From: a virus
Taxonomy: Duplodnaviria; Caudoviricetes
IMG/VR virus record: IMGVR_UViG_3300038675_000512
Span: 1 to 44,438 of that record
DNA: 44,438 nt
Reading direction: 5' to 3' (one strand)
How positions within the stretch are numbered: position 1 is the stretch's first letter; every line of letters starts with the position of its first letter. Both the position numbers and the translations under genes were made by a program. Below are positions 38,318 to 44,438 of this stretch, piece by piece. A model generated the notes under the pieces. That model made no database searches, was not told where the DNA came from, and saw only the letters and a list, made by a program, of their open reading frames with translations.

Positions 38318-40186
38318 TTAGGGAATAAATTTAAGAGTATTGAATTTCATTGTGCCAAAGTATACAAGATATCTTGAGATAGCTCTTTCATCATCAATTT
38401 CACCATCCCTATTCTTTGCTACTTCAACGATAAGCATATTCTTCATTAATGTCGCTCTCTTGTATGATTTATAAGAACCATCCTTAGAGAGGCATTTGAC
38501 ATCAGGAAGCTTTGAGTGTTCACGTATAAGATCTTTGTGCTGACCAATGTTGTTCAATAATAGAACTATGTTAGCTGTGTCTTGTACACGTGTGGAGCCT
38601 TTCATGTTGCTTATCCTTGGCCTATAACCTTCATCCTTATTTGCTTTCTGTGCCACTTCTTTTGTAAGATGATGAACAAGAAAGATGTCAGAAGTCATAT
38701 TATCCCTGTTTGTATCAGTACGTAGCTGTTTTAGCTTTGCCATAACCTGATCCTCAATAGCTGTTGTATTACTTACAGCCTCAGAAATGTCCTTGATAAG
38801 CATGAAATTGTCAATAATAAGTAAGCACCATCTATTCTTCCTTTCCTTACAGAAGCCCTTAAACTTACTGCAGATGGTATCCATTGTGGAGGAGTCGTTT
38901 ACAAATTCTATGTCATAATTAGTGTATTTATTTGAACTCATTTCAATATTCTTCAAATCATCATCGGTAAGTGTGTAGTTACGTGATAATAACTGAGCAT
39001 CACTAAGATTAGTATCAGAAGAGATAAGACAACGGATAATCTTTTCGTCTGAATCTTCCATACTAAACCACAAGACAGATATATCCTTGTTAAGCACGAA
39101 TATTTGCTTTACCAGGTTTATCAACCATCGTGTTTTGCCAGATCCTTGCTGACCAGCAATAACGACAATATTATCCGGAGAGATGTATGCTACATTATCC
39201 AGTATCTCATCACCGGTTATAAGGTATGAGCGTTCAACTCCCTTATTGACCCTCTGTATACGCTTGATAGTTTTTTGTATTGAGCTTTGAACCTTTGTTT
39301 GTGGTTGTAAGCTTTCACGCATGCTATCAACCATTGATCCTATACGTTGGATAAAAACATCCAGGTCATTATTATCACGCTTAATGATAGCCATGGCCAG
39401 GTTGTTTAGAATCTTCACATTGTTGGTATCAATAATGAACCGCATATACTTAGACCAGTTTTTATATGGCTGCTTGATGATATTCTTCACCTCAGGAGTA
39501 GAGAGGGATAGACCATGCTTATCTACTATAGCAAGTATCGATTCTTCATCAACATTATCACTTTTTGCATGCAACGCTCTTATAGCCAAAAAGAGATCTT
39601 TATGGATGTCTTTGTAGAATAATGATGGCTGCATATTATCAATGATTGTTGCACGTGCATTATCATCATTGATGCATGCAGATAAGACAGATTGCTCATA
39701 CTGTATCAACCGGTTAATATCACTTTGATTAATATTAAACAGCGCATCCAGCTCTTTTCTGACATTATCATATACATCAACAATATCTTCCTTCCCTTTT
39801 AGTACCGTCTCTGTATATCGCTGAAAAAGGGCTACTAGTGACCGTTTGATATAGCTATCAACAATGATCATACAGTAGCGATCCAAATTGTTTACAGAGA
39901 AAACACCATTGAGAAGAGTAATAACGATTGATATAAGTTTTGGATCTCTTTCTGATAGATGTTTATTAAGTATTATTGTATCAAATGAACCTTGCTTAGA
40001 AGATAATTGCTCTATAGCTTCATAGATGATCTTATAACTGTCACGCATGATCATGTATGGTTTTACATAACCCTGAGCAACAGGTAGAAGATTTGGGTAG
40101 TTTAGAAGTACTGAAAGCATTGCTCTTTCAGCCTCTTCACCGTGATTGGGTGCTGATAAGAGTTGCTTTGTCGGCTTTTCTTTCAT
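38318..40186 (-). CDS. dnaB: DnaB-like replicative helicase with two tandem N-terminal domains
   Basis: AGQQGSGKT, WFSMED, IIDNFMLI, RPRISNMKGSTRVQDTANIVLLL, VAKNRDGE. N-terminal EAERAMLSVLL is echoed by a second YEQSVLSACI unit. Confidence 0.88.
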   Translation of the reverse strand: MKEKPTKQLLSAPNHGEEAERAMLSVLLNYPNLLPVAQGYVKPYMIMRDSYKIIYEAIEQLSSKQGSFDTIILNKHLSERDPKLISIVITLLNGVFSVNNLDRYCMIIVDSYIKRSLVALFQRYTETVLKGKEDIVDVYDNVRKELDALFNINQSDINRLIQYEQSVLSACINDDNARATIIDNMQPSLFYKDIHKDLFLAIRALHAKSDNVDEESILAIVDKHGLSLSTPEVKNIIKQPYKNWSKYMRFIIDTNNVKILNNLAMAIIKRDNNDLDVFIQRIGSMVDSMRESLQPQTKVQSSIQKTIKRIQRVNKGVERSYLITGDEILDNVAYISPDNIVVIAGQQGSGKTRWLINLVKQIFVLNKDISVLWFSMEDSDEKIIRCLISSDTNLSDAQLLSRNYTLTDDDLKNIEMSSNKYTNYDIEFVNDSSTMDTICSKFKGFCKERKNRWCLLIIDNFMLIKDISEAVSNTTAIEDQVMAKLKQLRTDTNRDNMTSDIFLVHHLTKEVAQKANKDEGYRPRISNMKGSTRVQDTANIVLLLNNIGQHKDLIREHSKLPDVKCLSKDGSYKSYKRATLMKNMLIVEVAKNRDGEIDDERAISRYLVYFGTMKFNTLKFIP

Positions 40187-40613
40187 AAATAGCAAGATAA
40201 TTAAGTTTGAGGTTCGCCATGTAATAATCAAACCATGGTTCTAATTTCATTTTGTCCATAGTCATGTCATGAATTTTTCTGTGACACTTACGATGAACAA
40301 ACACAAGATGCTCCTTATCTATAAGTTGCTCTTCTTCTCTCCCATCAACGTGATGCCAGTCCGGTGTTCCATAAATTGTATCACCACATACAAAACACTT
40401 TATATGACCTGTTTTGCGGGCTTCTAAGACTGCTGATGTTTTGAGGATGTTGTATATCGCCAACATCTCTTTGCGTTTATCAGAGAGCTTCTTTATGGGC
40501 CTACGTGGCTTGTTTAACACCATAGGTTTATCTTTACGTAGATACTGATGATTTTTGCAATACCCATGACTGAAAACAGGGTATTTGCAATTAAGAGCCT
40601 TACATGTTTTCAT
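40137..40613 (-). CDS. HNH-type endonuclease with an N-terminal Cys/His finger
   Basis: CFVCG...DWHHVDGR...VHRKCHRKIH, and N-terminal CKALNC...YCKNH. Confidence 0.7.
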   Translation of the reverse strand: MKTCKALNCKYPVFSHGYCKNHQYLRKDKPMVLNKPRRPIKKLSDKRKEMLAIYNILKTSAVLEARKTGHIKCFVCGDTIYGTPDWHHVDGREEEQLIDKEHLVFVHRKCHRKIHDMTMDKMKLEPWFDYYMANLKLNYLAIYERKADKATLISTQSR

Positions 40614-40954
40614 AACCCAAAAAGGTATTTATCAGCTGGACGTTCCTGTATTTTTGAGTAATCAGACATATACGTTTTATTGTAACAGTAATCTTCAATT
40701 GTTTCAATGAGATCCTGTTTACGTGTATACTTATCATTCTGCAATGGGAGCTTATAGTTATAATAGTCTGTATAGCGTTTCAGCAATTCCTCCCATGTAA
40801 GTATTTCATTGTTAGGAAGAATCTGACCGATAGCTTGACTAGCATAATAATAAGCTGAATTCAATGATGCACCATTAGAAGCATTGATAGGGTTTATAGC
40901 AAAGAATACTGATGCAAACCATTCTAGTGTTCCTATCTCATAATTTTCTGACAT
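40610..40954 (-). CDS. Hypothetical protein
   Basis: 114 aa, ATGA-coupled to the HNH gene. Confidence 0.6.
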   Translation of the reverse strand: MSENYEIGTLEWFASVFFAINPINASNGASLNSAYYYASQAIGQILPNNEILTWEELLKRYTDYYNYKLPLQNDKYTRKQDLIETIEDYCYNKTYMSDYSKIQERPADKYLFGL

Positions 40955-41298
40955 TCTTCTGTAAGTGTTTTACCAGGTATCCATCCAAGTAATGAACGAA
41001 CACCATTGATGAAGGACTGTTTGAACGACTTGTTTATCGGTAACACATCGACTTCTTCAAATGTGTTTATTAGTGCTATGAGGTCTTTAAGTAAGATGAT
41101 CTTTTCTGTCTTACGCCATACAAGAAAAACACCATGCGTTTCCGATTTTTGTATGTAGGCAATATCTTCTTCACTTTTTACAAGATACCGGCCTTTCTGT
41201 TCATCTATATCAAGTAAATAACCCATATAGATTGATACCATATTTAAGTATAACTCATCCCCTGTAGTAAGGGAAGGTCTAATAAGTTTGTAGTTCAT
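40933..41298 (-). CDS. Hypothetical protein
   Basis: 121 aa, overlaps its neighbours. Confidence 0.6.
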   Translation of the reverse strand: MNYKLIRPSLTTGDELYLNMVSIYMGYLLDIDEQKGRYLVKSEEDIAYIQKSETHGVFLVWRKTEKIILLKDLIALINTFEEVDVLPINKSFKQSFINGVRSLLGWIPGKTLTEECQKIMR

Positions 41299-41624
41299 AT
41301 GTTAATGTCTATTTGTTTTTTATCATGTTCTCGTTTTGCATTCCTTTTACGGATATAAAGCTCATTCTCCCTGGCAATGATTGCTTGTCTAGCAGGAGAA
41401 GCAAAGACTAATGTTGGTACTGTTTCATCAAGCTTTTTTACATACGCCCACCCATTTGCCATCATCTTCTTTTCCCATTCACTGTTTTGAAGGGTCATCT
41501 TATTCACATGAAAGACTTGTTCGACATATTCCTTGTGTTCACTCTCAATATATTTTTTACTGTTCATAAGGGATGTAATTAAAGTATTTGTATAATAGTT
41601 CGTAATCTCTTTTTTTGTAGGCAT
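41295..41624 (-). CDS. Hypothetical protein (true start may be internal, MNSKKY)
   Basis: Fills the gap between flanking genes and overlaps the downstream gene's start. Confidence 0.5.
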   Translation of the reverse strand: MPTKKEITNYYTNTLITSLMNSKKYIESEHKEYVEQVFHVNKMTLQNSEWEKKMMANGWAYVKKLDETVPTLVFASPARQAIIARENELYIRKRNAKREHDKKQIDINI

Positions 41625-42198
41625 TATCCCATAACTTAGCTGAAGTATAATTGCAAGATGAAATGGCCTTCTTTTTATAGTATGTAAGAATACTCATGGG
41701 ATTATTAACCTTGATAAGGTATTTATCACCACCAAAGTTCAATATTGCTTTCTCACACTCAGTAGGCCCTTCAAGAACCATAGCATTCATTTGACTCCCA
41801 TTTTGGATAGCAAATTTAGCTGTTACATAACGATGTTTCTTCTCGAGCAGATGTAATGAATAGAAAAAGGCCAATTGTAGTGCCGACATATCAAGGAACC
41901 ATGGTTCAACATTATTTAGATCTCTTACCTGTTTATGCTCAATGAAGTGTACTTCTTCATCAGTGATAACGATCTCATCAAACGAGAAGAATATAACATG
42001 ATTATTCAGTTGATCATCCCTGAAGTGATACTGATTACGCATTTCTTTATATTTACCCGATATTTTATCAGCATAGATATTTCCTTGTATCATTCCAGGT
42101 GTGACTTTTCTTTCATGTGATTTATAAAAGCATAGCTGTTTCGCTGATAATTTAACAAGCATAGCAGCTGAATGAAGATAATCACTCTTGTTGTTCAT
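41557..42198 (-). CDS. PD-(D/E)xK nuclease-like protein
   Basis: FSFDEI...FIEHKQ...LQLAFFY fits the D...ExK...Q..Y layout. Confidence 0.55.
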   Translation of the reverse strand: MNNKSDYLHSAAMLVKLSAKQLCFYKSHERKVTPGMIQGNIYADKISGKYKEMRNQYHFRDDQLNNHVIFFSFDEIVITDEEVHFIEHKQVRDLNNVEPWFLDMSALQLAFFYSLHLLEKKHRYVTAKFAIQNGSQMNAMVLEGPTECEKAILNFGGDKYLIKVNNPMSILTYYKKKAISSCNYTSAKLWDNAYKKRDYELLYKYFNYIPYEQ

Positions 42199-42379
42199 AG
42201 ATAAGTTCTTTCAGATTGTTATTAGTAGCATTATGCATACGTTCATTTTCCTTACACAGAAGACAGGTGTTATCTCTTCCATACATAGATAGTGATAATT
42301 GAAAGCCACAAATAACACACTTGAATGTTATCCGTTGTAGTTTCAATAATTGCTCTTTTAATAATGCGGATTCATCCAT
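42182..42379 (-). CDS. Small zinc-finger protein
   Basis: CVICG...CLLC. Confidence 0.6.
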   Translation of the reverse strand: MDESALLKEQLLKLQRITFKCVICGFQLSLSMYGRDNTCLLCKENERMHNATNNNLKELIYEQQE

Positions 42380-42448
42380 AACATTATATTATATACTTAA
42401 AATTCAATCTCTCCTTGGCCTTTATTTTCCGCTGCGTTCATTTCAGTG

Positions 42449-42655
42449 CTATAGGGCATTTAATGAAACGCTCTCAACAGTTTCCATCACATCTTTACCA
42501 TAATTAACTCCTATTTTACGGATGCCAATTTTTTCTACCTGTTCAGGCGTTAACTCAATTTCAACAGCCCTACGATTCGGAGCGTTTAAAACCCCTGTGT
42601 GTTCGTATTCAATATAACGAGCATCACCATCATTGATTACAAATAGTATTTTCAT
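42449..42655 (-). CDS. Hypothetical cassette protein
   Basis: 68 aa. Bounded by GCTATAGGGC (42448-42457, containing its stop) and the near-complementary GTCCTATAAC (42674-42683). Confidence 0.65.
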   Translation of the reverse strand: MKILFVINDGDARYIEYEHTGVLNAPNRRAVEIELTPEQVEKIGIRKIGVNYGKDVMETVESVSLNAL

Positions 42656-42673
42656 TTTGACTAAATTAAAAAC

Positions 42674-42748
42674 GTCCTATAACATACGCTATGGGTAATC
42701 GTAAGACCGTTCCGAAGAACAGTCTTACGAACCCGAAACTTTTAGTCA
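42674..42748 (+). repeat. attC-like palindrome (right end degenerate)
   Basis: GTCCTATAAC ... GGGT-AA-TCGTAAGAC-CGTTC-CGAA-GAAC-A-GTCTTACGA-ACCC ... TTTAGTC. The extra bases are in the left arm. Confidence 0.6.
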
Positions 42749-43035
42749 ATCATATTAACTACTCTTTCGACATTGTTGCCAATTTTATTTAGCAAGTTGT
42801 CTAATCGGTTATCAATATCATTGAATAAATCAATAATGTCTGGTTGCAAATCTTTGCATTCTCTATCTCGCATAACCTGAGTATTGCACGGCGTATCCTC
42901 AGTGCGTTCAAACTTTGCAACCAGTCTTTCGCTCAGTTTTGACAATTCATCAAATCTATTAGCGGTAACATTTAATCGTTCAACAGCATTCATTAATGTT
43001 TTTTTAGCTGTTGGTTGGCATCCTAAATCGTTCAT
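42742..43035 (-). CDS. Hypothetical helical cassette protein
   Basis: 97 aa between two palindromic sites, with an A/T-rich leader before the ATG. Confidence 0.65.
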   Translation of the reverse strand: MNDLGCQPTAKKTLMNAVERLNVTANRFDELSKLSERLVAKFERTEDTPCNTQVMRDRECKDLQPDIIDLFNDIDNRLDNLLNKIGNNVERVVNMID

Positions 43036-43093
43036 AATTTTAATTGTGAGTTTTACAAAGCCCTCCCAGAGCTATATTTTAAAAAGAACAGCA

Positions 43094-43140
43094 GCCCATA
43101 ATATCGAATAAAACGCAATGCGTTTACATAGGTGTTAGGT
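43094..43140 (+). repeat. Short attC-like palindrome
   Basis: GCCCATAAT-ATCGAA-TAAAACGC-AAT-GCGTTTA-CATAGGT-GTTAGGT. It is similar to 44402-44438, and the GTTAG box holds the stop of the next gene. Confidence 0.6.
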
Positions 43141-43389
43141 ACAAGCTGGAATGTGCATCCAATGAGTAGGTTTTGGAGCATCCCACGCAAACAGCGAACC
43201 AATCAACGGTATTCTTCCAAAGATGGCAACTGAATACCATCCGCCAAGCATTTCTCTTTCCAACCGCACCAAAACCTGAATGTCATTTGGCGGTGGAGTT
43301 GTATTTATATCAAACCGACCATCAGCTAACACAGTGTCAACCGCAATAGTGGGGTTTGTGGTTTGCGAAGTTTTGTTCTTTCTATTCAT
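43135..43389 (-). CDS. DUF551-like protein
   Basis: PPNDIQVLV...PTHWMHIP pattern. The first ~22 codons are encoded inside the palindrome at 43324-43455. Confidence 0.65.
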   Translation of the reverse strand: MNRKNKTSQTTNPTIAVDTVLADGRFDINTTPPPNDIQVLVRLEREMLGGWYSVAIFGRIPLIGSLFAWDAPKPTHWMHIPACT

Positions 43390-43455
43390 ATTCGTTTATT
43401 TTGATAGGCTATTACTTTCTAATCCGCTACATGCGGTTACACTCAACGTTACCTG
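43324..43455 (+). repeat. attC-like palindrome (best conserved copy)
   Basis: AGCTAAC-AC-AGTGT(C)AACCGCA ... TGCGGTTACACT-CAAC-GTTACCTG: a 12-bp stem with one unpaired C in the left arm. Confidence 0.72.
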
Positions 43456-43709
43456 CCATTGGCACACGCCAACGCAAAATCAAACGCAATTATCATATCA
43501 TCATGTGGTTCTTGCAGGTTATATTTTCTTTTAATTCGTTTAGCCAAAGTGCGTTTTCCCGCCCTCAAACACTTTCTGTAAATTATTTCAGCTTTACAAC
43601 GCTTACCGTACTCCGTCAATTCTTCAAACAAATCAACTACAGGTAACAATGTATAACAATCATTGCTACGTAAGTGGTTTTCCATAAGTCTTTTCGTTTT
43701 ATCATCCAT
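43449..43709 (-). CDS. Hypothetical cassette protein
   Basis: 86 aa from ATG 43709. Its stop lies in GTTACCTG (43448-43455) and its start lies inside the palindrome at 43640-43770. Confidence 0.65.
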   Translation of the reverse strand: MDDKTKRLMENHLRSNDCYTLLPVVDLFEELTEYGKRCKAEIIYRKCLRAGKRTLAKRIKRKYNLQEPHDDMIIAFDFALACANGR

Positions 43710-43770
43710 TGTGCTATATTTTAAATTTGTACTATTAATCTGCAACGCTTGTTATGCTAGCCGTTATTCC
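43640..43770 (+). repeat. attC-like palindrome
   Basis: CAGGTAAC-AAT-GTATAACAATCATTGC ... GCAACGCTTGTTATGC-TAGCC-GTTATTCC, with 13/16 complementary arms. Confidence 0.68.
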
Positions 43771-43967
43771 TTCACCCTCACAAACACAACAGGCTCGCCA
43801 TCTTCACGCCTTACTGCGCCACATTCGCCTGCTAGGCTTCGGTTCGTCTGGTATCCACAAAAAGGAGCATGCCTGTAATAGCATCCAGAACACAACCCTT
43901 GGTCTTTTCTTACTTCAAGCGTAACGCTCCCGTCTTGGAAACGTTCGCCAATTGGTCTTGTTTTCAT
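43764..43967 (-). CDS. Small Cys-rich hypothetical phage protein
   Basis: 67 aa, CSGCYY...FCG...ECG..RREDGEPVVF. Its stop lies in the GTTATTCC box. Confidence 0.65.
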   Translation of the reverse strand: MKTRPIGERFQDGSVTLEVRKDQGLCSGCYYRHAPFCGYQTNRSLAGECGAVRREDGEPVVFVRVKE

Positions 43968-43979
43968 TATTTTTCGTTT

Positions 43980-44008
43980 TAGCCTCTTTAAGCCTGGCTG
44001 GGGCGGTT
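43980..44008 (+). repeat. 29-bp direct repeat, copy 1
   Basis: TAGCCTCTTTAAGCCTGGCTGGGGCGGTT, 28/29 identical to 44372-44400. Confidence 0.9.
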
Positions 44009-44359
44009 TGGGTGTTTAATATGTTCGACAACTCCATTAGCATCAGGTTTGCCCCATTCACGTTTTTTGTTGATTTCTAATTTTTCCCGTGTTAATTCAA
44101 GCAGGTTTTCTGCTGTCAATCCAAAATGGTGAGCAGAATCGAGTAGTAGCATAAAACAGTCAGCATACTCCATTTTTGTTTTTGAGAGTTGTCTTCTAAA
44201 CTCACCAACGCCAATAGCGTGCGTGTAATCTAATGCCTGAATAAGTTCATCAACTTCTTTTTTCAAATGATAAACTATTGCTGGATTTCTTTGTCCATCT
44301 CCAAAAGTGACATCAGACCACGCTGAAATGTCATTCATTAAATCTTGTAGTTGTTTCAT
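43988..44359 (-). CDS. dATP/dGTP pyrophosphohydrolase-like protein (DUF550 / MazG-like all-alpha NTP-PPase)
   Basis: WSDVTFG...HLKKEVDEL...MEYADCFMLLLD...KLEINKKREW. Likely start 44359. Confidence 0.8.
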   Translation of the reverse strand: MKQLQDLMNDISAWSDVTFGDGQRNPAIVYHLKKEVDELIQALDYTHAIGVGEFRRQLSKTKMEYADCFMLLLDSAHHFGLTAENLLELTREKLEINKKREWGKPDANGVVEHIKHPNRPSQA

Positions 44360-44371
44360 AATATTTGTTTG

Positions 44372-44400
44372 TAGCCTCTTTGAGCCTGGCTGGGGCGGTT
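44372..44400 (+). repeat. 29-bp direct repeat, copy 2
   Basis: TAGCCTCTTTGAGCCTGGCTGGGGCGGTT. Confidence 0.9.
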
Positions 44401-44401
44401 G

Positions 44402-44438
44402 TGTAAAGCGCAATGCGCTTACATCGGTGTTAGCAACC
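44402..44438 (+). repeat. Short attC-like palindrome lacking its left (AAC) end
   Basis: TGTA(A)AGCGC-AAT-GCGCTTACA-TCGGT-GTTAGCAACC, paralogous to 43109-43140. Confidence 0.6.

Noticed and set aside
42693-42734. Simple intrinsic terminator
   Set aside because: No U-tract directly follows the stem in the gene (-) direction. The flanking CCTATAAC box matches the other cassette end, which fits an attC-like site better, although a dual role is possible.
43280-43878. + strand ORFs (43280-43534, 43356-43646, 43663-43878) as the real cassette genes
   Set aside because: They have low-plausibility composition and overlap - strand ORFs with recognisable motifs and stops aligned to the boxes.
42448-44438. 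CRISPR mini-array (given the Cas4-like gene)
   Set aside because: The repeats are divergent palindromes separated by whole genes, not identical repeats with 30-40 bp spacers. Solo Cas4-like exonucleases are common in phages.
1-44438. Stop-codon reassignment (TAG/TGA), known in some crAss-like phages
   Set aside because: Very long ORFs tile the window under code 11, and TGA/TAG end genes at tight junctions (e.g. TGA 7125-7127 and several ATGA overlaps).

Overview
This window is a 44 kb segment of a Bacteroidota-infecting, crAss-like (Crassvirales-type) tailed phage read in the standard genetic code. The + strand block (1-28182) holds the 3' part of a tail stabilization/muzzle-type gene, three putative ejection (cargo) proteins, a ~5,400-aa virion RNA polymerase polyprotein and a 1,590-aa zincin-containing virion protein. 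The polyprotein runs membrane-type N-terminus, SF1 helicase, HExxH zincin, then a two-barrel RNAP with DFDID. A hairpin terminator at ~28205-28241 separates this block from a convergent - strand block of replication and recombination genes: nucleotidyltransferase, Dda/RecD helicase, RusA, Cas4-like exonuclease, putative SSB, SMC-like ATPase, DUF932, a DnaB with a duplicated N-terminal domain, and an HNH protein. The most unusual part is the last 2 kb (42448-44438). There, small accessory genes are separated by attC-like imperfect palindromes (AAC...stem...GTT), some cassettes have self-complementary ends, stop codons fall in the GTT boxes and start codons lie inside the palindrome loops. This looks like an integron-like gene-cassette array in a phage. 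It is overlaid by a second, 29-bp direct-repeat class. No integrase, DNA polymerase, primase, tRNA or CRISPR array is visible in the window. All family assignments come from motif recognition by eye, not database searches.
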